A DNA stretch of 26,030 bases from a virus (Duplodnaviria > Caudoviricetes), in IMG/VR virus record IMGVR_UViG_3300029319_003723, positions 1 through 26,030 of that record; one strand, given 5' to 3'. The notes under the pieces were generated by a model that was given only the letters and a program-made list of their open reading frames with translations, made no database searches and was not told the DNA's origin. Shown one piece after another: positions 18,209 to 24,636 of the stretch; position 1 is the first letter of the stretch; each line of letters opens with the position of its first letter. Position numbers and translations under genes: made by a program.

Positions 18209-18786
18209 TATTCATTCTCCTCATAAAGATGGATTAAAAAGCCTTCATGAACACCTTTATTGATTTTGTATGGAAACCCAATAAAGTGTATTCTTCTTCC
18301 GTGAACCGATTTGGTTTCGATGTCTACTTTGCGACACATTTTTAAACAGGAATTAAATTCTTTTAAAAACTCTGTACGATCAGTATCATCAATTATTGTA
18401 AGCCAATCAAATCCTTCATCACAGCTACCATTATCCTTTGTCAGATCTTGAAAACTCTCGTTGCACCAAGTCATGCCGCCTTTAACGTCTGTTTCAAAAA
18501 GCGGCCTGTTTGTATAATGTAGTGCAGCCTTTGATCTTTGATCTAAAACTTTTTGTCTAACTTCTATTCTTTCACATGTTTTCTTCAACGAATTCACAGT
18601 ATCTTTTAATGACTTGCCGCTATTGGGGGTCACTTCTGCTTTAATTGTTTCAATAGATTGCTTAATCTCTTCGTGATCTTTAAGAAAAACTCCTGTTACC
18701 TTAAAAATCCTCCACACAAATGCTAGTATTGCTATTCCAGCACCTACGAGTGTTGCTATAGCTCCTGCAAATTCTGGCGTAATCAT
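18208..18786 (-). CDS. Membrane-anchored PAS-domain protein
   Basis: N-terminal TM, coiled coil with PNSGKSLKD, then PAS-like LFETDVKGGMTWCNESFQDLT...GFDWLTIIDDTDRTEF; no output domain. Confidence 0.75.
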   Translation of the reverse strand: MITPEFAGAIATLVGAGIAILAFVWRIFKVTGVFLKDHEEIKQSIETIKAEVTPNSGKSLKDTVNSLKKTCERIEVRQKVLDQRSKAALHYTNRPLFETDVKGGMTWCNESFQDLTKDNGSCDEGFDWLTIIDDTDRTEFLKEFNSCLKMCRKVDIETKSVHGRRIHFIGFPYKINKGVHEGFLIHLYEENE

Positions 18787-18797
18787 GATAACCTCCC

Positions 18798-18831
18798 AAA
18801 AGGAAACCTAGCCCCCATTTCTGAGGGCTAA
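18798..18831 (-). terminator. Probable (possibly leaky) intrinsic terminator
   Basis: Minus strand TAGCCCTCA-GAAA-TGGGGGCTA then GGTTTCCTTTT (interrupted U tract). Confidence 0.6.
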
Positions 18832-18850
18832 GTAAATTTAATTTAGGAGT

Positions 18851-19507
18851 TTATCCTTCAGGAGCTTCTTTTGATTTGAAGTCATCCTGAATTGGGTTCG
18901 CTGAACCATCTCTGTAAACAAACTCGCCGGGAATAGCACGAGTGGTATTCGCAGCAGAGTCAGCAGAGTTGGTTGAGCCACCAGCAACGGCGGGATTGAT
19001 GTAATTCTTCTCAGATCCACCACCAGTAATAGTTCTGAAAGACTTGATACCTGAAGCTGGAGCAGCCAATAGATCAATAGTCATAGAACCATAATTACGG
19101 GTCGTTTCAAGAGCGGCGGTATTGTCACGAACTGGGTCAGGACCGGCTTGACCACCAACCAAGGTCGTGTTAGCAACACCACCAAGAGTAGTGGAAACAT
19201 TACCACCCTTCATGACCCATTGTGTAGCACTGGCATCAAACCCAAGCTCAGTGGTTCCAGCAGTACCAGACGTGCCAACAGCAGTAATAACGCCAACACG
19301 ATCCGTAAACTCACTACCATCACCATGATTAGCGATAACCTTCGAACCAAAGCTCTGACCGAGATCGTCAGCGATATCGGCCAAGCTAAGGTTCTTAGTC
19401 ATGACACCGGCAGCGTTTGAGCCACCTTTGAGGACGGTTCCACCGTCTCGGACTTCTCCGGTTCCAACAGCTTCATCGCCAGCACCGGAAGGACGTACAG
19501 TAGGCAT
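18851..19507 (-). CDS. Gly/Ala/Thr-rich hypothetical protein, possibly virion-associated
   Basis: 218 aa, AGGAG RBS, followed by its own hairpin; composition resembles structural proteins (inference). Confidence 0.65.
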   Translation of the reverse strand: MPTVRPSGAGDEAVGTGEVRDGGTVLKGGSNAAGVMTKNLSLADIADDLGQSFGSKVIANHGDGSEFTDRVGVITAVGTSGTAGTTELGFDASATQWVMKGGNVSTTLGGVANTTLVGGQAGPDPVRDNTAALETTRNYGSMTIDLLAAPASGIKSFRTITGGGSEKNYINPAVAGGSTNSADSAANTTRAIPGEFVYRDGSANPIQDDFKSKEAPEG

Positions 19508-19582
19508 AGTAAATCTCCTAATGAAATAAATAAAAAATTGTTAGATTTCCTGATGTCCTGATCGTAGTCCAAGTCCGTTATA

Positions 19583-20050
19583 TTATACACTTTTTTTGAG
19601 TGAGATCCTCATCTTTTCAAGATTTTTCCCAATTCTTATTCTGACAGTCTCTCCACATACTTTCCTGCTCTTCGCAATCTCTGTAATTGTCATATTTTTA
19701 TAGAATCTGTCAAAAATAAGCTCAGGATCGTCACAAACTGACTCAATTACGTCTTTTATTTCAAATTCTAGCATGGGATTTCGCGGATCAGGAATAGCAT
19801 TGGTTAGTTGTTGCTTGTCGCTTTTGTTAATTTTAGCCTGACCAAGACACTCAAATCGTACTCCGTTATATAGGTATGATGTAAATTTTACATTACTGGA
19901 TTTATCATACTTATTCACGGCCCTGAACAGTGCTTTTAAAACACAGCTTTGAATCTCTTCTGAGGTCAGAATATTTCTGAATGAAGATGCTGCATTGTAT
20001 GCAATTTTCATAGTGTCAACGTCATTTAGGTACTGTTCGTATTTGTCCAT
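19583..20050 (-). CDS. Sigma70-family RNA polymerase sigma factor (regions 2 and 4)
   Basis: EEIQSCVLKALFRAVNKYD...VKFTSYLY (region 2); DRFYKNMTITEIAKSRKVCGETVRIRI (region 4 HTH). Start 20050 after a GAGGA RBS. Confidence 0.85.
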   Translation of the reverse strand: MDKYEQYLNDVDTMKIAYNAASSFRNILTSEEIQSCVLKALFRAVNKYDKSSNVKFTSYLYNGVRFECLGQAKINKSDKQQLTNAIPDPRNPMLEFEIKDVIESVCDDPELIFDRFYKNMTITEIAKSRKVCGETVRIRIGKNLEKMRISLKKSV

Positions 20051-20051
20051 A

Positions 20052-20492
20052 TTAATCTTTATCCTCAAAGTTAGTAAGTAGGGTTTCAATATTATTTCTA
20101 ACGTCTGTGAAATCAAACATTCTGCCAACGCCAAGGAAGAATCTGTATCTACTGCATATCTTCAATACTTCAACGCCTTCGCTTTTTTCAATTTTGTCTT
20201 TAATTTCTCCTGTTATATTAAAATTAGTATGACCCATCCAGCAATCGAAGTTTTGTGCCATAGAAACTTTTTCCATAAGTTGGTCATCAACCGGAACCAT
20301 TAAATTAGCTTCAGGTTGTGGAAAAATATCTTCTAATTGCTCTAATTCTTCTTCATCTAAATCTTCCATAGGGATCTCTGAACCCATACTTTTCTTTACA
20401 ATCATCTCTAAAAGAGGGCTATCTAGTTGGGATTCTATTATGTCTTCATATTTCTGCCATCCTATCTGCATTTTTTTGTTTATCTTTTTCAT
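20052..20492 (-). CDS. Hypothetical protein
   Basis: 146-aa ORF with AAGGAG RBS. Confidence 0.7.
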   Translation of the reverse strand: MKKINKKMQIGWQKYEDIIESQLDSPLLEMIVKKSMGSEIPMEDLDEEELEQLEDIFPQPEANLMVPVDDQLMEKVSMAQNFDCWMGHTNFNITGEIKDKIEKSEGVEVLKICSRYRFFLGVGRMFDFTDVRNNIETLLTNFEDKD

Positions 20493-20502
20493 GATAGACT
20501 CC

Positions 20503-20841
20503 TTACATCAGGTCAGTTGGTTTAATTAATGGGTCATCCTGATTACTTTCCTCCTTCTCGACCACATCTTCTTTATTTAATTTGTTCAAAATCTTTTGTT
20601 TTTCGAGCATTTCTTGAACAAGAATAAACATTTCTTTTTGTCTACCGTCTGCAAGAAAAGCGTCTTGTGCCACTTTAAGTGTTTGAACTTGGAAACTTGT
20701 TGTGGATATTGAAGCCAATAAAACTGCAAACTTCTTAAGTATTTCTTCTGAATAATCCTCTAAGGCTATATCTATGTATATTTCACCACTGGCATCAATA
20801 CTATACTGAAGGCTTGCAAGCGTGCTTCTTTCATCTTCCAT
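20503..20841 (-). CDS. Hypothetical acidic protein
   Basis: 112-aa ORF with GGAG RBS. Confidence 0.65.
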   Translation of the reverse strand: MEDERSTLASLQYSIDASGEIYIDIALEDYSEEILKKFAVLLASISTTSFQVQTLKVAQDAFLADGRQKEMFILVQEMLEKQKILNKLNKEDVVEKEESNQDDPLIKPTDLM

Positions 20842-20843
20842 TT

Positions 20844-21893
20844 TTACTCCAGTATCTTTAGGATTTGATTAGCTGTATTTTCCCAAGAGAACTTTTTGGC
20901 CGTTTCAATTCCAGCTTCGTTCAAAGTACCCTTCTTGTCAAGGATATACTTCATCATTTTCATAGACAAATCAAACTCAACGTGTTCTGTGATTTTTGCC
21001 CAGTTGCCCTGACCAAAGAACCACTTCCCATCAAACGCTGGTTCTACATCACTTATCGTCACAAGCCCGCTGTTTTCTTTAGTGCAAAACTCAGTATGAG
21101 CAGAATAGTTGGTAGTTACTACATGCTTACCAGCGGACATCATTTCTAAAAGTTCCAGATTCCAGCCCTCTCCACGAGAGGGAAACACACCGCAATCTAC
21201 TTGAGACATAATATTATACACTTCTGCTTGTGTCTCAGCCCTTGGAATTAGCTTGACTTTTGGGTGATTATAAAGCTGATTCCATCTGGCATCTTCTTCA
21301 GGGGAGTTAAATGGATTGCTACACATCATCCATAACTCTGCGTCCTCTCCATGACCTAAAACTTTTTCAAAAGCCTTAATGAGAATATCGTGACCCTTAC
21401 GGATTTCCCACTTGCCACAGTTAAAGAAGATCGTTGTATCGCCCTGTCTCACTGGTGCTGGCGGAAATAGTTTTGCGTCTACACCAAGCGGGACAACGTG
21501 TATGAAGTTTGGGAAATGGTCAGTTTGCTTATTGGCTACATCCCAAGCCCATTCTGAACAAACAATTAATTCATCACAAGAATTTAGGTGATGCTTTTCT
21601 AGGCTATTAAACGTATCTAACTCAAAGATAGGAAAACCAAAAAACTTTCCTGACCCTACACGTTCTGCCATCTGGTTCTGATGCCATATCTTAACGCAGG
21701 GTGCTTTATGGTCAAACGTGTTCGCAACCTCTATACCCTTCCTGACCGCAGTTGCATCTTCCTGATTGGTGACTTGCGGTTGCCCGATAGGAAATAAGGA
21801 AACCTCTGCTTTATCCTGTAATGCCTTAAGTATGTTTAGTCCAGCTACGCCGTAGCCAAGCTGATTGATTGGTGCTTGTAGGTTAATTTTCAT
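20844..21893 (-). CDS. Glycosyltransferase, GT-B fold (GT4-like)
   Basis: HVVPLGVD, GKWEIRKGHDILIKAF, VFPSRGEGWNLELLEMMSAG (E-x7-E motif). Confidence 0.9.
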   Translation of the reverse strand: MKINLQAPINQLGYGVAGLNILKALQDKAEVSLFPIGQPQVTNQEDATAVRKGIEVANTFDHKAPCVKIWHQNQMAERVGSGKFFGFPIFELDTFNSLEKHHLNSCDELIVCSEWAWDVANKQTDHFPNFIHVVPLGVDAKLFPPAPVRQGDTTIFFNCGKWEIRKGHDILIKAFEKVLGHGEDAELWMMCSNPFNSPEEDARWNQLYNHPKVKLIPRAETQAEVYNIMSQVDCGVFPSRGEGWNLELLEMMSAGKHVVTTNYSAHTEFCTKENSGLVTISDVEPAFDGKWFFGQGNWAKITEHVEFDLSMKMMKYILDKKGTLNEAGIETAKKFSWENTANQILKILE

Positions 21894-22402
21894 CTCTCAA
21901 ATACTCCTTTGATAAACTCGTCTACGGTTTTGGTGTTTGGATTGTTTGCAAAATATTCACGAACTGTAGCTCTAGCTACTGATTTTGTCTCACCAAGAGC
22001 TACCAAGGAATTAATACATTCTGAAATTAATGGGTTAGATTGAGTTCCGCTTATATCTTTTTTCTTTACAGGTTGTTTAGTAGGTTTGTTTTTAAGGTCT
22101 GCAATCTGCTGCTCTACTTTCATCCTTGCGTATTTGTTTCTAAGTTTCTGAATTTCCAACTTCTCATTTTGAATCTGTACCTTTGGATCAAGCGTACAAT
22201 GTGCAGCTAGGTATTCTTCATTACCTGTAGCGATAGCAAAGAGGTCTTGGTCATCTACATTTCCCGCCTTATCTGAAAATCTGAGTGGTTCTACTCCACC
22301 CTCTTCTCCAGCAATAAGACCAATAAGAAAGCAAATACCCATAAACACGGCTATTGCTGTACCCAACATCTTAGCAGTAAACATTAAAGTTTCTGGTGAC
22401 AC
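21890..22402 (-). CDS. Membrane protein with coiled coil and C-terminal RuvA domain III-like helical bundle
   Basis: N-terminal TM; C-terminus ECINSLVALGETKSVARATV...TVDEFIKGVF resembles RuvA_C (EAxxALxALGY...AxxAV...VEELIKxAL). GTG start with AGGAG RBS. Confidence 0.65.
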   Translation of the reverse strand: MSPETLMFTAKMLGTAIAVFMGICFLIGLIAGEEGGVEPLRFSDKAGNVDDQDLFAIATGNEEYLAAHCTLDPKVQIQNEKLEIQKLRNKYARMKVEQQIADLKNKPTKQPVKKKDISGTQSNPLISECINSLVALGETKSVARATVREYFANNPNTKTVDEFIKGVFER

Positions 22403-22417
22403 TAATTTTCTCCTAAA

Positions 22418-22528
22418 CTATCCGTAAAATCCACCTACCCAGAACATATAATATATTATTATCCAAGGCAACTTTGCACCAAGGAGAAAAAATATACCAA
22501 CGATTATATCTTCCTTTAAATTACTCAT
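22418..22528 (-). CDS. Small hydrophobic protein (36 aa)
   Basis: Not in the ORF track: MSNLKEDIIVGIFFLLGAKLPWIIIYYMFWVGGFYG*; AAGGA RBS; first ORF after a promoter. Confidence 0.55.
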   Translation of the reverse strand: MSNLKEDIIVGIFFLLGAKLPWIIIYYMFWVGGFYG

Positions 22529-22555
22529 GTGTATCATCCTTGACTTGATAATCTC

Positions 22556-22583
22556 ATTATACCATGTATCGGCTATTTGTCAA
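22556..22583 (-). promoter_or_regulatory. Sigma70-type promoter
   Basis: Minus strand TTGACA (22583-22578), 16-nt spacer, TATAAT (22561-22556), just downstream of a terminator. Confidence 0.75.
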
Positions 22584-22605
22584 TGGGTTCTTTAGTATTT
22601 TTACT

Positions 22606-22641
22606 AAAAAACCCCATCAAGCATCCGGCTCGACAGGGTTT
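22606..22641 (-). terminator. Rho-independent terminator
   Basis: Minus strand AAACCCTGTCGAGC-CGGAT-GCTTGATGGGGTTT-TTT. Confidence 0.85.
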
Positions 22642-22702
22642 CGTCTTGGCTGTTTATTATGCAGTCGTTTAACCTGACTGTTAACCAAGAATGTGTAAAA
22701 AA

Positions 22703-22857
22703 TGGAAGGGTGGGATTTACTTTTTACCCACAAATCGGCACTATTCCAAGTAGTGCAAGTGGCCTTTTACTCCTATCTCTCTGGTCAGGCAGTTGCCCCT
22801 TCCTCAAGATTCGGATACCTTATCGGGCTTGGACCCCCGATTATTCAGTCACCTTCC
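22703..22857 (-). ncRNA. Expanded tRNA-like structured RNA (155 nt), family unknown
   Basis: GGAAGG/CCTTCC-A closing stem; ACTGAAT...TAAGGT D-arm-like flanks; GCACTA/TAGTGC arm; GTGGG/CCCAC T-like stem directly abutting the closing stem; no credible minus-strand ORF. Confidence 0.6.
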
Positions 22858-22886
22858 TATGGGTGGGAGCTACCCACTCCATATAT

Positions 22887-23222
22887 TTATGATTGGCTTC
22901 TAGGAGTGATTGTTGAAGGATCAGGCCCAAGAGAAATCTCGTCTGCCATAATGCAAACAGAACTCTTCTTCTGTTGGTTTTCATCTTCATAATCGTCAAT
23001 CTTGAGCTTTCCTGTGATCGAAACTAGACGACCCTTAGTGAGCATGGGATTGAGGTTCTCTGCCATTTTTCCAAAGCACAAAACATTAACAAACAGAGTG
23101 TCGTCATTACGACGATCATTAACTGCCAAGCGAAACTTAGACATTGGTGTACCTTTCTTGGTTTCACCGAAGTCTGCATCCTTAGTCAAACGTCCTGCAC
23201 CATTCCAACAATTCTGATTCAT
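22887..23222 (-). CDS. ssb: Single-stranded DNA-binding protein (OB fold only)
   Basis: GRLTKD, FRLAVN, FVNVLCFGKMAE, KGRLVSITGKL, YEDENQQK; lacks the acidic C-terminal tail. Confidence 0.9.
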   Translation of the reverse strand: MNQNCWNGAGRLTKDADFGETKKGTPMSKFRLAVNDRRNDDTLFVNVLCFGKMAENLNPMLTKGRLVSITGKLKIDDYEDENQQKKSSVCIMADEISLGPDPSTITPRSQS

Positions 23223-23224
23223 AA

Positions 23225-23536
23225 TTAAACTCCTAAAGCTGATCGAATTTTTCCACGTACTACTTGTGTATTACCACGATTTGAAACGCCCGTGATAGCG
23301 TTGTAAACTGTTTCAGTAAAGTGCCGGTTCAAACCCAAGGCTTTGCCAGCCCTAAGAGTTTCCCGCTTATTGGTTCCATAAACCGTACCAGTAGCTTTGT
23401 ACGCAACTGCGGTAACTGGATTTACTGTTTCGCCACGGTACTGACCGCCAGCGATTGAGCCAGTAAGCTCACCATTATTGCTGAAATAACTGTTTGGCAA
23501 TCGCGTGAGTGCCGTATAAAACTCATTACTTTCCAT
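23225..23536 (-). CDS. Hypothetical protein
   Basis: 103-aa ORF with GGAGG RBS. Confidence 0.7.
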   Translation of the reverse strand: MESNEFYTALTRLPNSYFSNNGELTGSIAGGQYRGETVNPVTAVAYKATGTVYGTNKRETLRAGKALGLNRHFTETVYNAITGVSNRGNTQVVRGKIRSALGV

Positions 23537-23541
23537 TAAGT

Positions 23542-23760
23542 TTATCCTCCTAAAGTGGGACTAAATACTGTGGATGCAGGTGCATCCTGTTTAACTTCTT
23601 GTGTACTCGTTGATTCCGTAAGGGTAGCTGAACCTTCTGTCAAATACCCCTCCAGCTTTTCAATTTCTGCGTCGATTGCCACCTTTCTTTCTTGTAAGGT
23701 TCTAATTTCACGCTGCACATTCATTAGATGTGCTTCTACCATTTCCGCCATACTCGGCAT
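23542..23760 (-). CDS. Small coiled-coil hypothetical protein
   Basis: 72 aa, heptad pattern, AGGAG RBS, first gene after a promoter. Confidence 0.7.
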   Translation of the reverse strand: MPSMAEMVEAHLMNVQREIRTLQERKVAIDAEIEKLEGYLTEGSATLTESTSTQEVKQDAPASTVFSPTLGG

Positions 23761-23811
23761 TTCTTTGTACTCCTGTAAAAATGTTTGACTAAGTATCGTT
23801 TGCTTTACTAT

Positions 23812-23840
23812 ATTATATTCTACGAATCACGATTTGTCAA
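23812..23840 (-). promoter_or_regulatory. Consensus sigma70-type promoter
   Basis: Minus strand TTGACA (23840-23835), 17-nt spacer, TATAAT (23817-23812), followed by ATAGTA. Confidence 0.85.
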
Positions 23841-23848
23841 GTGGTTTT

Positions 23849-24382
23849 TCATAAATTTTCAAACTTTTCTGCGGACTCAATCAATGGAAAGTTACACAGA
23901 TATTTTTTAGGAAAAAACCGAAACTCAATCCTGTCATCAATCTGTTTAAGTATTTCATTGTACCCATCACCCCACATGCACGACTTAGGTGAAGAGACAT
24001 TAGTGTAATAGATTTCATATATACCACATTGCCAGAGCATTTGTAGGCATCCTCGGCATGGGATAGCTGTAATATACGCTCTTGCGTTCACCGTAGATTG
24101 TCCTTCGCGGGCCGCATTATAAATAGCGTTTGCTTCTGCATGTATCATAAACGGATACTTAGCAGGTCTTGTATTGGGCAACATGAAATCATCTATACCT
24201 CTGATGAAACCATTATAACCTGTTGCTATAATTGTTTTATTCTTTACTAATACGCAACCGCACTGTGTTTCGGAATCATGACTCTTACGCGACCACAAAG
24301 TTGCAGTTGCAAAGAACATATTATCCCAATCATCAGGTCGATTCTCTTGCATTAGATAAGACAATATAAGTTTCTCTGACAT
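23849..24382 (-). CDS. dCMP deaminase
   Basis: IATGYNG, IHAEANAI, PCRGC zinc-binding motifs. Confidence 0.93.
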   Translation of the reverse strand: MSEKLILSYLMQENRPDDWDNMFFATATLWSRKSHDSETQCGCVLVKNKTIIATGYNGFIRGIDDFMLPNTRPAKYPFMIHAEANAIYNAAREGQSTVNARAYITAIPCRGCLQMLWQCGIYEIYYTNVSSPKSCMWGDGYNEILKQIDDRIEFRFFPKKYLCNFPLIESAEKFENL

Positions 24383-24399
24383 AATAATCTCCGAATAAA

Positions 24400-24636
24400 G
24401 CCCGTTTGGGTAATAAGGTCGGGCAACACCCCAGACAGCTTACGCCGCCAAAGCTAAACAAGGTTCAGCAGTTAAAATTTAGTCAGCTTTTAACGAGGCC
24501 AACTGACCAACCTCGACATGCAGTTATTACCTACGCAACCAGTCGATACCATTACGCCCCCGTAGTTTGGGAATGGAGGCGGCGAGAATCGAACTCGCGT
24601 CCTGCATTGTTTCAATAACAACGTCTACATGCTTAG
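24400..24636 (-). ncRNA. ssrA: tmRNA gene, circularly permuted (two-piece)
   Basis: Acceptor piece first (about 24636-24574: TAAGCATGTAG...GGAC-GCGAG-TTCGATT-CTCGC-CGCCTCC-A), 12-nt intervening segment (24573-24562), then coding piece from 24561 (GGGGGCG-TAATGGTATCGAC, PK1, tag ORF 24469-24440 AEPCLALAA*). The acceptor stem has the G3-U70 alanine determinant. Confidence 0.93.

Noticed and set aside
21208-21222. GTGTATAATAT box similar to the one at 19577-19590
   Set aside because: It lies mid-CDS in the glycosyltransferase (codons for EVYNI) with no nearby downstream start; probably coincidental.
22800-22850. Twister ribozyme resemblance (GGTCCAAGCCCG versus the twister GGTCCCAAGCCCGG loop)
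   Set aside because: I could not build the P1/P2 stems, the cleavage-site loop and both pseudoknots in the right order; an Rfam scan would settle it.
22703-22857. Canonical tRNA-Ser(UGA), intron-containing tRNA, RNase P RNA or SRP RNA
   Set aside because: No 5-bp stem with a 7-nt anticodon loop and no TTC T loop; the inserts are far too short for group I introns; the RNase P GAGGAAAGTCC and SRP core motifs are absent.
24406-24618. 70-aa plus-strand ORF ending WRRRESNSRP
   Set aside because: WRRRESN-type peptides are the antisense translation of a tRNA/tmRNA T arm and acceptor end; the region is the tmRNA.
24574-24636. tmRNA 3' fragment as an attP/att remnant, or a stand-alone tRNA-Ala
   Set aside because: The matching 5' half, PK1 and tag lie immediately downstream and pair with it; there is no anticodon arm and no integrase in the window.
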